From positions 85,500,001-85,564,000 of the forward strand of contig NC_086108.1 of assembly GCF_963921235.1 (NCBI RefSeq): a stretch of 64,000 nucleotides of DNA. The letters run 5' to 3'. The notes under the pieces are model-generated. The model was not told the origin of the DNA and ran no database searches. It was given only the letters and a program-made list of their open reading frames with translations. Shown in pieces: positions 48,311 to 60,745 of this stretch; the stretch's first letter is position 1; each line of letters opens with the position of its first letter. Position numbers and translations under genes: made by a program. This DNA is from Mobula hypostoma. Its lineage: Eukaryota.

Positions 48311-48520
48311 CACAAACAAGAGGAAATCCGCAGATGCTGGAAATCCAAGCAACACACACAAAATGCTGGAGGAACTCAGCAGGTCAGGCAGCATCTATGG
48401 AAAAGAGTACAGTCGACGTTTTGGGCTGAAGAGTCTCAGCCTGAAATGTTGACTGTACTTTTTTCCATAGGTGCTGCCTGGCCTGCTGATTTCTTCCAGC
48501 ATTTTGTATGTGTTGTTTCA
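48311..48520. mobile_element. Penelope pLTR fold-back (palindromic) mini-element
   Basis: 10-bp TSD aagaaacttt (48301-48310, 48521-48530); ~80-bp inverted arms meet inside the hammerhead region ('gtcgacgttttgggctga-agagtc-tcagcctgaaatgttgac'). Confidence 0.88.
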
Positions 48521-50475
48521 AAGAAACTTTGTCTCATTTCTATATACATTATATATGCTATATACATGTATGTAGTTAAAAGACAATAACTTGTCACTTG
48601 TTATAACTGAACAAATAGAAATTATTTTCTCTGGTGGAAAAAGCAATGAGCGAGACAAAATATTGAGGCATGAGGTAAACTATTCACAGATCAGTTCTGT
48701 TTCATCATTTCTATTTCCTCATGCACTGCCTGACCTGCTGAGTGTTTCTAGTATTTTCTGTTTTATGTCATATCCTGAGAGCGTTTGGAACCTGCCTCCT
48801 GAAGACTGGGAAAATGGAGATATCAAGGACTGATAAATTTATAAATCCTGCATGTCATCATGTTCAAGATGAAGCAGGCAGATGTAATGGGGACTCAGTT
48901 AAAATTAAAGGGAATATTCATGCATAAAGATAAATATAACTTTCATATGGGGGAAATTTAATAAAATTATTATGATAAATCAAGGTTGGAGGTTTGTTTG
49001 CTCAAAGAATATTTTATAGCCCTTCAAATTTTTTTTAATAAACATGACAAATTGCTTGAGTACTAAATGTCACAACCATTTGGATTCCAAGCATGGCTAA
49101 AAAGCTAGCAAAGAAATTATAATGTTGTTTAGATTATATACCATGGCCTCCAAGGAAGTTGTACCCTGCAGAATGAGATGTTCATCATTTCATGTAGCGT
49201 TTTTTAAAGGTTTGTGGGTTGGGGAGAGACACAACGTTATTGCCAAGTGGCGCCAGAATGCCAAAGGCTATTGTAAAGAGATTTCTAAACTTGAAATTAA
49301 TTATCATTTGTCCAATTCATAGTGGTAGTTGTTAGCTCAAAAATGATGTAATTTGCTGCTTCTTTAGGGATTTAACAATTTTGTTTACGTTAATTAAATA
49401 AATCACTTAAAATAATATAAGGTGATTATTTCCAAAATTGATTTCAGTTTAATTTCAAATATTGGTGTCTTACAATACATCATGAATGCTGAGGGTAATT
49501 CTGCACAATTTCAAATAGGCAAGTTTTTTGTACATCCTTCCATAGTTTATTTACAGTGGTTCCATGGTAAAATTCCCTGCAAGTACACATGAGCAAACTA
49601 AGTAGATAGGAAAGTGCAAACTAGATTGATGACAGGAAATTCCAAGCCACAATTCCGAAGGAATCACAGCTCTACCAATCAATTGAGATTTTTAATTTTC
49701 ATTGTGGGCTTGATATCAAGTTTTGTGATATTATTAAACCCAGATACCTTCACCCGCATTTTCTTTGTTGCAGTGGTATTTCTACCTGAGGGAAAGGGGA
49801 TTTGGAATCAATTTGCTACTTGGATAATAAGAAAAGAAGCCAAAAGAAATGCATTGAGACACAAGTGAAAACCAGGCTGAAAACTCATGGGGGAAGTGAA
49901 AAAGGAAAATAAAGGAGATACCAGAGAACGTGAGAATGGATTGAAAATTGCTGTGAAGTGAAAACCCAGAAGATTCATAGATAGGAAGCAAATAGTAAGA
50001 AGAATGGAGGGGGCGAAAAGGAATGAAAAAAAAGTTGATGAATGCACGGACAAAGCAGACATGCCTGAAATACTTAAGGGATGAGAAGCCTGCTGAGGTT
50101 TCTGTAATACATGGGGTAGTTGAGATATTTGATGAGACAAATCTGATAAGGAGCAGGTACTGAAAGACTGGTTATTTGAGGTATGTAAGTTACCCAGCAT
50201 TAAAGGGATAAGCCCAACATTACTTGGAGAGATGAGGGAAAATTGAATAGAATGACATTGTTCTCTTTCAAACTTTCTTTGGGACAGAGCTAGTGTAGGG
50301 GTTCCTAACCTTCGATGCCATTTTCCAATACTTTAAAGCAAGGAGTCCATGTAACTAGAGGATTCAAAAAAAGGAAACATTGCTACCTCCTTCAAAAAGA
50401 GGTGCAAAGATGTGCCTGGCAGCCGTGGACTAATCAGTTTAAACTTAGTGGAAATAATGGCTGGAAATAATCATC

Positions 50476-50480
<5 letters not shown>

Positions 50481-50521
<41 letters not shown>
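50481..50521. repeat. (CA)n microsatellite
   Basis: About 20 uninterrupted AC units. Confidence 0.97.
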
Positions 50522-50524
<3 letters not shown>

Positions 50525-51165
50525 TTACACTCTCCTGGGTAAATTTGTTTTACAAAGGAGAAAAATAATGCTTTAGAAAACCCTTTGTTACTCTATTGGC
50601 TATAGGCCTGCATGTATATTACATTTTAATAATTTTCAGTAGGTACATTTAACGTCAGAGAAATGTAAACAATATACATCCTGAAATTATTTTTCTTTGC
50701 AAACATCCACGAAAACAGTGGAGTACCCCAAAGAATGAATGACAGTTAAATGTTAGAACACCAAAGTCCCCCCAGCTCCACCTCCCACACACAAGCAGCA
50801 GCAAGGCAATGACCACCCGCCCACCCCCACCAGCAAGAATGCATCAGTGCCCTCCACTGAACACTCAAGCGTGCTGCAAAGCATTAATAAGGACACTGAC
50901 TTGCAGTACCCCAAAGACTACTCATTCACCCGGTAATTTGACATACCACAGGCTCTCTCTCTCCCTAACAAGGGAAAAAGAGGTGTTCCCATCTTACAGC
51001 GAGAGGGGAGACATAACAAGCAGCTCGCTGATTTATGATGCTAAAAGTCTGTTGTGTCGCTTTTTCCGAGGTTTGTGCTCAGAGAATCAGCTCTGGATAC
51101 ACAGCTCCCGATATTCTATGTCCTCCCACAACGACTCAGTTGGGGGCACCGACCTTGAATCAGTC

Positions 51166-53868
51166 CGTCTTAAATACACCCAATGACTTGGCCTCCACTG
51201 CTGCCCGTGGCAACAAGTTTCATAGATTCACCACCCTCTGACTAAAAAAATTTCTTCGCATTTCTGTTCTGAATGGGCGCCCTTCAATCCCTAAGTCATG
51301 CCCTCTCGTACTGGACTCCCCCATCATGGGAAACAACTGTGCCACAACAACTCTGTCCATGCCTTTCAACATTCGAAATGTTTCTATGAGGTCTCCCCTC
51401 ATTCTTCAAAACTCCAAGGAATACAGTCCAAGAGTGGACAAACGTTCCTCATATGTTAACCCTCTCATTCCTGGAATCATTCTAGTGAATCTTCTCTGTA
51501 CCCTCTCCAACGTCAGCACTTCCTTTCTTAAATAAAGAGACCAAAACTGCCCACAGTACTCCAAGTGAGGTCTCACCAGCGCCTCATAGAGCCCTCAACA
51601 TCACAACCCCGCTCCTATATTCTATTCCTCTAGAAATGAATGCCAACATTGCATTCGCCTTCTTCACTACTGACTCAACCTGGAGGTTAACCTTAAGGGT
51701 ATCCGGCACGAGGACTCCCAAGTCCCGTTGCATCTCAGAACTTTGAATTCTCTCCCTATTTAAATAATAGTCTGGTCGTTTATTTCTTCTGCCAAACACT
51801 TTCCAACATTGTATTTCATTTGCCACTTCTTTGCCCATTCTTCCAATCTATCCAAGTCTCTCTGCACACTCTCCATTTCCTCAGCACTACTGGCCCCTCC
51901 ACCTATCTTCGTATCGTCAGCAAACTTAGCCACAAAGCCATCTATTCCATAATCCAAATCATTGATGTACAATGTAAAAAGAAGCGGCCCCAGCATGGAC
52001 CCGTGGAACACCACTGGTAACCGGCAGCCAACCAGAATAGGATCCCTTTATTCCCACTCTCTGTTTCCTGCCAATCAGCCAACGCTCTATCCACGTATGT
52101 AACTTTCCCGTAATTCCATGGGCTCTTATCTTGTTAAGTAGCCTCATGTGTGGCAGCTTGTCAAAGGCCTTCTGAAAATCCAAATATACAACATCCACTG
52201 CATCTCCCTTGTCTAGCCTACTTGTAATTTCCTCAAAAAATTGTAATAGGTTTGTCAGGCAGGATTTTCCTTTAAGGAATCCATGCTGAGTTCTGCCTAT
52301 CTTGTCATGCCTCCAGGTACTCTGTAACCTCATCCTTGACAATCGACTCCAACAGCTTCCCAACCACTGATGTCAACAGGTCTATAATTTCCTTTTTGCT
52401 TCCTTGCCCCCTTTTTAAATAGCGGAGTGACATTTGCAATCTTCCAGACTTCTGGAACCATGCCAGGATCTATCGACTTTTGAAAGATCATTGATAATGC
52501 CTCCGCAATCTCCACAGCTACTTCCTTCAGAACACGAGGGTACATTCCATCTTGTCTGGTAGATTTGTCTACCTTTAGACTATTCAGCTTCCTGAGTACT
52601 TTCTCTGTCGTAATTGTGACTGCGCACGCTTCTTTTCCCTGCCACCCTTGAGTGTCCGGTATACTGCTGATGTGTTCCTCAGTGAAGACTGATGCAAAAT
52701 ACTCGTTCAGTTCCTCTGCCATCTCCTTATCTCCCATTAAAATTTCTCCAGCATCATTTTCTATCGGTCCTATGTCTACTGTCACCTGTCTTTTGCTCAT
52801 CATATACTTGAAAAAGTGTTTAGTATCCTCTTTGATATTATTTGCTAGCTTCCTTTCATAGTTCATTTTTTCCCTCTTAATGACCTCCTTAGTTTCTTTT
52901 TGTAAGCTTTTAAAAACTTCCCAATCCTCTGTCTTCCCACTAATTTTTGCTTCCTTGTATGCCCTCTCCTTTGCTTTAACTTTGGCTTTGACTTCTCTTG
53001 TCAACCACGGTTGCATCCTTTTTCCATTCACAAATTTCTCCTTTTTTGGAATATACCTGTCTTGCACCTTCCTCACTTCTCGCATAAATTCCCCACTGCT
53101 ACTCTGCCGTCTTCCCCGCCAGTGTCCCTTTCCAGTCATATTTGGCCAGTTCCTCTCTCATGCCACTGTAATTCCCTTTACTCCACTGAAATACCGACAC
53201 ATCAGATTTCGGCTTCTCTTTTTCAAATTTCACAGTGAACTCAATCATGTTATGATCACTGCCTCCTAAGGGTTCCTTCACCTCAATCTCTCTAATCACC
53301 TCCGGTTCATTACACAATACCCAATCCAGTACAGCCGATCCCCTAGTGGGCTCAACAACAAGCTGTTCTAAAAAGCCATCTCGCAGACATTCTACAAATT
53401 CTCTCTCTTGAGATCCAGTGCCGACCTGATTTTCCCAATTCACTCGCATGTTAAAATCCCCCACAATTATCATAACACTGCCCTTCTGACAAGCCTTTTC
53501 TATTTCCAGTTGTAGTTTGTAGTCCACATCACTGCAGCTGTTTGGAGGCCTATAAATAACTGCCATCAGGGTCCTTTTACCCCTGTGATTTCTTAGCTCA
53601 ACCCATTGAGATTCTGCACCTTCTGATCCCATATCACCTCTTTCTAATGATTTAATATCATTTCTTACCAATAAAGCCACGCCTCCCCCTCTGCCTACCT
53701 TCCTATCCTTCCGATACACCGTGTATCCTTGGACATTCAGCTCCCAGAGACATGCATCCTTTAGCCATGTCTCAGTGATGGCCACAATATCATATCTGCC
53801 AATCTGTAGCTGTACTACAAGATCATCCACCTTATTCCTTATGCTGCGTGTATTTAAGTATAACACCT
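51166..53868 (-). mobile_element. CR1 LINE ORF2, near complete (endonuclease + RT), few frameshifts
   Basis: ORFs 53099-53866 ('LYLNTRSIRNK','ITETWL','VGDFN','SDHNMI'), 52330-53139, 51959-52363 ('QHGFLKGKSCLTNLL','YLDFQKAFDK') and 51760-52014 ('FADDTKIGG'). Confidence 0.93.
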
Positions 53869-54099
53869 TATTGCTTATTTATTGCTTATTTGTTTACTAT
53901 TATTGTTTCTTCTTTTTGTATTTGCGCAGTTTGTTGTTTTCCATACTCCAGTCTTACACCCTATTTGGCTGATCTTTCATTGATTCTGTTATAGTCATTA
54001 TTCTGTGGATTCATTGAATGTTCCCACAAGAAAATGAAATGACGTATATATGTACTTTGATAATAAAATTTACTTCAAACTTTGGTATACCAGAGCATC

Positions 54100-55205
54100 A
54101 AATACAGCTTGGCATTTAGCACTATCATCCCCTCAAAACTAATCAATATACTCCATGACCAAGGCCTCAATACCACCTCGTGCAATTGGATCCTGGATTT
54201 CCTCACTTGTAGACACCTGTCAGTTTGGATTGGCAAACACATCTCCTCCACAACCTGTATCAGCATAGGAGCACTGCAGGGATGTGTACTTAGCCCCCTG
54301 CTCTACTCACTTTACACCTGTAACTGTGTGGCTAAGTACAGCTCCAACACTATTTACAAGTTTGCTGATGACACCATTGTGGTGGGCTTTATCAATGGTG
54401 GTGATGAATCAGTATACAGGAGGGAGGTTGAAAAAATTGGCTGAGTGGTATAATAACAACAACCTCTCAGTCAATGTCATTAAGCCCAAGGAATTGATTA
54501 TGGTCTTCAGGACAGGGAAATCAGAAATCATCAGAGGATCAGATATGGAGAGGTAGAGTAACTTTAAGTTCCTGGGTGTCACTATCTCAGAGGACCTATC
54601 CTGAACACATCATATAAATATCATTGCAAGGAAAGCACAACTGCACCTCTACTTCCTTAGAAGTCTACAGAGGTGTGGCATGTCTTCAAAAACCTTGGCA
54701 AACTTCTCTGGATATGTGGTGGATAGTGTGCTGACTGGCTGCATTACAGTTTGGCATGGGAAAACCAATGCCTACACAAAGCTAGTGGATTCGGCCAAAT
54801 ATATCACAGGTAAAACCTTCCCAACTACTGAGCACATCACCATGAAATGTTACTGTAGAAAAGTAGCATCCATCAACAAAGATTCTCACCACCCAGGCTA
54901 TGCCCTTTTCTCACTGCTGCCAACAGGTAGAAGGTACAGGTGCCTCAGGACTCGCACCACCAGGTTCAAGAACAGTTACTGCCTCACACCCATCAGACTT
55001 TTGAACAGAAGGGGATAACTACTCTCATTTAAGGACTCTTTTGTCTTCTAATTTCGTGTTTGTTATTTATTTATATCTGCATTTGCACAGTTTGTTGTGC
55101 ATTGTTCCTGTTTACAGTTACTGTTCTATAGATTTGCTAAGAATGCTGCAGAAAAGGAATCTCAGAATCATGTATGTACTCTGATAAGAAATTTTACTTT
55201 GACTT
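54100..55205 (+). mobile_element. Rex1/Babar RT and 3' end fragment
   Basis: '[17 protein letters not shown]', '[11 protein letters not shown]', 'LLPTGRRYRCLRTRTTRFKNSY'; tail 'actttgacttt'. Confidence 0.88.
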
Positions 55206-55486
55206 TGGCATCCACATCCCTTTGTGTATCAACATTTTCAAATTATTCACCTTTATTTACTTTGCTGTCCTTCTCTTTCTGCTACTGAAGTGGATAACAT
55301 CACTTTTATCCACTTTATAAGGCATCTATTATGCATTTACCCACTCATTTAACTTGTCCAAATTGCCTTGAAATTACTTTGCACCTTCCTAAGGAGGAGA
55401 TTAAAATAGGGATGTCTTACCTTAGCAAGACACAATACTTCATTAGCAGGCCACAAACAATTTGTTCCCCTTTTTAAAGGAAAATA

Positions 55487-56367
55487 CAGCCAATGGCCAC
55501 ATTATTAGGTATACCTGCACACCAGTTCATTAATACAAATATCTGATTAGCCAATCAAGTGGCAATAACTTAATGCATAAAAGCATGCAGACATGGCCAA
55601 GAAGAAGTTCGGTTGATGTTCAGACCAAGCATCAGAATGGGGAAGAAATGTGATCTAAGTGACTTTGACTGTGGAATGATTGTTGGTGCCAGACGGGGTG
55701 GTTTGAGTTTCTCAGAAACAGCTGATCTGAGACTCTCATGCACACCAGTCTCTAGAGTTTGCAGAAAATTGGTGTGAAAGACAAAAAAAAAATGCAGTGA
55801 GTGGCAGTTCTGTGGGCAAAAGTGACTTGTTAATGAGATGAGTCAGAGGAGGATGGGCAGACTGGTTCAAGCGGACAGGAATGTGAGAGTACCTCAAATA
55901 ATGTGCCAAAGTATCATTGCAGTTAGTAAGTCGCTATTACAGCTCGCGACACTGGAGTTCAGAGTTCAATTCCAGCATCCTCTGTAAACAGTCTCTGTAA
56001 GTCCTCCTTGTGGAATGAGTCGGTTTTCCCTGGGTGCTCTGGTTTCCTCCCACAGTCAAAAGACATACCAGGTAGGTTAATTGGTCAGCATAAATTGTCC
56101 CATGATTAAGTTAGGGTTAAATTAGAGTGTCAGGGATTGCAGGGGTGGCGTGGCTCAAAGGACAGGAAGGGCCTATTCCATATAGTATATCAAAATAAAA
56201 TAAAATTAAAAAATAACCTCACTACAGCAGTGACAAGCAGAAGTGTATCTCTGAACGCACAACACATTGAACCTTGAAGTGGGCAGGCTGCAGCAGCAGA
56301 TGACCATGAACATACAGTAGCTACTCTGTCAGGGAGAGGAGGTGCCTAATGGAGTGACCACTGAGTG
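55487..56367 (+). mobile_element. Internally deleted Tc1-like DNA transposon with a nested V-SINE (~55905-56215)
   Basis: TA-flanked TIRs 'cagccaatggccacattattaggtatacc' / 'ggtgcctaatggagtgaccactgagtg'; transposase N-terminus from 55637 'MGKKCDLSDFDCGMIVGARRGGLSFSETADL'. Confidence 0.85.
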
Positions 56368-56499
56368 TATTATGTAATCCAAGGCAGTTCAGAGAAGGTT
56401 CACTTGGATCATCTGATTTAAGATGGTGCTACTGAAGGTAGGTGGCAGCTTACTGGTAGTCCAAAAGGCAAGAAATTTGTCTGAAAGTAAATTGCGGTA

Positions 56500-57252
56500 A
56501 ACTATCACCATAAACAACGAAGAGGCAAGTGAAGGTGAATTTGATTGAAGAGCTGAGTGCTTAGGGCTGGTGCATTGCATAGTCAAAGCATAACTTGTTT
56601 TTGACGGGGGGGGGTCTCAGATGGAGTTGGAGTGGGTGATTCAGAGAGGAGTTTTGATGCCTGTCCAACTAACCCGAGTGAATGTTGGATCGTTTTAAGC
56701 ACCGAGCCAAGTGGGAGAGGTTGAGAATGGCTCTGGGCTGGTTTGCAAGGTCTAGGCCCAGAGCCTATTTCTGCAGCAGGGCCCGATTACTCATGTGAGG
56801 CACCATCCACTGCTTGAACAATTTAAACGCCAGTCCAGATAGGCTGGAAAGACAGGGTGTCCAGACCAGAGGTGAGGTTTGGGCGGCTTTTCCTCGCTCT
56901 TCTGTGGTGTTCACTCCTCTCTCTGCAGCGCTGAGGCTGTGGGACTACCCCAGCTGCTGTGCTTCATGTCTGCAAGCTTCATGCTTCATGGTGATTTGGC
57001 CTGCTGATATGATGAACTGAGGCTGAGATTTTGGGCCTACTCTGGGGATTTGGATCTAAGGACTCCATTTGGTTCAGAATGCTGTAGTTTGCTTCTATTG
57101 TTTGTGTGACTTGTGTTTTTTTCTGTTACTCTGCACATTGGATGTTAGTCTGTTTTTTAATTGGGTTCTTTTGGGTTTCTTGCTTTGTGGCTGCCAAGTC
57201 TCAAGGGTGTATAATTTATACATACTTTGATAATAAGCGTACTTTGAACCTT
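56500..57252 (+). mobile_element. Non-coding element with Rex1-type tail (same family as 41110-41550)
   Basis: Shared internal blocks; ends 'gataataagcgtactttgaaccttt'. Confidence 0.55.
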
Positions 57253-57449
57253 TGTATATAGAGGAACTGACCTACAGGACCAGGTTGAATCTCTACTCCA
57301 GGAGAGGTGATCTTATTGAAAGGATTCTTAGTGGGCTGTGCAGGGTAATCACTGAGAAATGTTTCTGCTCATGGGAGAATCCAGGACCAGAAAGTATGGT
57401 TTCAGAATAAGGTGACTGAGATAAAATAGTGAGATTAGAATGGATTGAT

Positions 57450-57990
57450 GATAGCATCATCTTCTCGCTGATTATCATTCCTGTTGCACTTCAAGGAAGT
57501 GTGGTTAGCCCACTGTTCTAATCTCTCTACATTCATGAATGTGCGGCTAGGCACAACTCAAGCAATCTCTATAAATTTATAGTTAACACAAGGCATATAG
57601 GAACGAGATAGATTGGTTGTTTGAGTCATGATGCAGCAACAACTCCACGATCAATATCAGCGAGACCAAACAATTGAAAGTGGACTTTAGGAAGGGTATG
57701 TTGGGAGAACACAAAGCTGTCCTTATTGAGGGGACAGCAGCAGTAAGGATGAGCACCATTATGTTTCTGGATGTCAACGTGTCAGTGGATCTGTCCTAGG
57801 CCCAGCACAGTGATGCAGCCATGAAGGAGGCACATCAGTGGTTGTCCTTCATTAGGAGTTTGAGGAGATGTGGTACGTCACCGAAGACTCTTGGAGATTT
57901 CTACGGATGTACTGTGGACTGACTGCATCACTGACTGGTATGGAGGCTCCAATGCACAGGATCACAACAGACTACAGAGTGTTCACTCAG
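57450..57990 (+). mobile_element. Old Rex1/Babar RT fragment
   Basis: Degraded nucleotide similarity to 24840-26340 ('ttagcccactgttc..tctctctacat', 'gtggactttaggaagggt', 'ttcattaggagtttgaggaga'). Confidence 0.7.
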
Positions 57991-58799
57991 CCAGCTCCAT
58001 CTACCGAATCTCTTGTGTAAAGGAATGAAGAGGATGGTCAGGAGAATGGACATGAGGATCTTTCGGACAGCCATGGTATCATTGAATGACACAGTCTGCA
58101 GGAGGGACTGAGTGACTTGCTCCTGTTCTTAATTTTTATGATCTTTCTTCTCAGAAGTGAGGGCATTCTGGTGGGTTTGTTCATTGAACAGCAGAGTTCA
58201 AAACGCTAATGCCTGCTATACATCACAAGCTAGTCACCTGGGGGGAAAAAACATTTATCCCTACTCCCTATTTCCTGTCCATCCACTAGCTTTCAGTTCA
58301 CAAGTCTCCTGGGCCTAAATGCTTTAATTTCACTTGATAAGTTATTTTGTGGGACTTCATCAGAGACGTCCTCAAACCTGATTGGACTGCATCCACTGGT
58401 TTTCCTTCAATACAATAGGTCTGTCAACCATTATTTCTCTTTTGTAAATCCAGATTGCCTTTGTCTAATCCCTTGCTGTGATGCCACATTTACTCTGTGA
58501 CATGTGGAAATATAATGAACAATGGGGTACATTTGACTTCATTGTCAGTGCTTTTATTGAGTTTGAAAACACAGTCGTGACTCAGTGTCTGAGTAGAAAA
58601 AGAGTTTTGGATTCCCTGTCCAAGCAGACATGCCAGGAACAATGAACAGTGCCAGCGTGGTAAGATTTACTTCGGATTTTTGGTCTGTGTGGGTTAGAAG
58701 GGACTTGGCTCTTCCCACTAAGTTCAGTATTCTTTACCTCATGCACTCCAACTCCCTGAATTGGCATTGCTGTTCTCTTGGTGCAACTATTTAAAGTCA

Positions 58800-59620
58800 C
58801 AGTGTCATGGAGCTTTACAGTAGAGAAACAGGCCTTTGGTCCGACTTGTCCATGCGACCAAGTTGCTTGACTCAGCTAGTCCCAACTGCCTGCATTTGGC
58901 TCATATCAGTCTAAACCAGGGGTTTTCAAGCTGGACTCCACAGACCCATTGCTTAATGGTATTGATCCATTTCGTAAAATAGATTGGGAATCCCTGCATT
59001 AAACATTTCTTATCCATGTAGCTGCCCAAATGTAATTGTACTTCGATCTACCACTTCCTTGAGCAGCTTGTTCCAGATACACATCGCCCTCTGCGTGAAG
59101 AAGTTGCCCCTCCTATCCTTTTAAAATTTTCACCTCTCACTTTAAATGTATGCCGTTTAGTTTTTGACTCCCTTAACCAGGGGAAAAAGCATGTCCCCCC
59201 ATGTTTTTATAAACCTCAGTCTCTCAAGGTCCAGGGAAAGCATTCCTGGTCTATCCAGCCTCTCCTTATAACTCAAACCCGACAGTCCTGCTAACATCCT
59301 CGTTAATCTTTTCTGCACCCTTTTCTGCTTAATGACATCCTTCCTGCAGAAGGGTGACCAGAACTGTTTTCAGTACTCCAGATACAGTAGGCCTTCCCTG
59401 CATCTTATACATGTGTAACATAATGTTCCAATTCCTGTACTCACAATCCTGACTGATGAAGGAAAATGTGTCAAACACCCTCTTCATCATTCCATCTACC
59501 TGCATTGTAATTTTCAATAAACTTTGTACTTGCACCCAGGGCCCAAACAATTACTGTGTAATCTTGGTTTGCCTTATCAGAATGCAATGCCTTGCATTTA
59601 TTTGTGTTGGTGTGTCATCT
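58800..59620 (-). mobile_element. Old CR1 3' fragment containing a hAT MITE
   Basis: Similar to the CR1 3' ends elsewhere in the window. Confidence 0.7.
58917..58996. mobile_element. 80-bp hAT (Charlie-like) MITE
   Basis: Imperfect TIRs 'caggggttttcaagct' / 'agattgggaatccctg'; degenerate 8-bp TSD gtctaaac/cattaaac; partial relative at ~50296. Confidence 0.55.
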
Positions 59621-60017
59621 GCCAGAGAATGATGGATATGGAAATAAGGCCAGGGAGTTACAGTCTCATACGGTTGCAATATGTGAGATTGTGACTAATC
59701 TACTGCCTCCCATTTGCACTAGTCCTTTCTTCAGTTAAAATCAGGGTCTGTATAGAGGATCTAAGTGTAAAAAATCTAATTGAGTTTAACGAATGGACAG
59801 AGGAGGTGGGTTGATTGAACAGCTGATTCAGGCAATCAGCAACAATTAATGAGCTGTAAAATTCTATGATGCCCTGGAATAAACACAAGTAAAAGGCAAC
59901 TTTCAGATCAGGGGCTTCTGAAGCAATATAGACATGAATGCAAAAGTGAGGCTGACATACCAGACCTATCTCATATTACAGATACTTGGTATTGCCAATG
60001 CTGTATTTTGCATACCC

Positions 60018-60745
60018 ATTTGGAAGTTTGGCTGATCGCCGAGCTTGGCAAAATGTTTGCAGATGGTTTGGCTCCAATCGAGAAACCATCATCAGTGCAC
60101 AGTTAAGGGTCCTGTCTCCTCAGAATGCTGGCTTATATAATCCCCCGGGGTCCGAATGGATATTGATTAGATGTGATCTGGTTGGCTGGTTTGAAACACA
60201 GTGAAGAGTTTAACAGTAGAAGTTTCAGATTGGCTAGCTTCGAGGGAGGTCCATTGGAAGTCTTTGCTTTCTGCCCATATCCAGAGATGACCATAAAACA
60301 GCATTACTGGCAATTACTGCCTCAAGCAAGAACAAGAAAAGAATGGGGATTTCTCAAATTGTGGTTCTCTACAGAAGGATCCATCAATAAACACATTGAC
60401 ATAGATCTGATATATGAGCCTTTACGGAGAAAAGAGAAGCAACAGCGCCAACAATCAATAAATTGCCAGTAATCTCTGGATCCAGACAACGAAGCCGATA
60501 CTTACAATGGACCTCCCTTGAAACCAGCCCATCAGAATCTTCTACTGCTAAACTCTTCACAGTGTTTTGAACCAGCCAACCAGATCACCATGTCTAATCA
60601 ATACCCATTTGGACCCCGGAGGAGTTATAAGCCGGCATTCTGAGGAGACAACACCCTCAACTGCACACTGATGCTGGCTTCTCGATTGGAGCTGAAACAC
60701 CTGCAAACATCTTGCCAAGCTCAGCGATCAACCAAACTTCCAAAT
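60018..60745 (+). mobile_element. Second Penelope family: GIY-YIG C-terminus flanked by ~290-bp inverted pLTRs, each with a hammerhead motif
   Basis: Arms 60018-60315 and 60461-60745 are reverse complements; spacer encodes 'QARTRKEWGFLKLWFSTEGSINKHIDIDLIYEPLR'; hammerhead-like motifs at 60057-60100 (-) and 60661-60706 (+). Confidence 0.82.

Larger units (their letters stand above)
45830..48600 (+). mobile_element. Rex1/Babar 3' fragment split by an RTE, a solo LTR and a Penelope fold-back
   Basis: 'DDTTVVGRI', 'TKFLGVQI', 'LTAFYRSTIESVLTSCISTWYG', 'FLPSGRRIRCIKTRTVRMGNSFFPQAIRLLN'. Confidence 0.85.
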
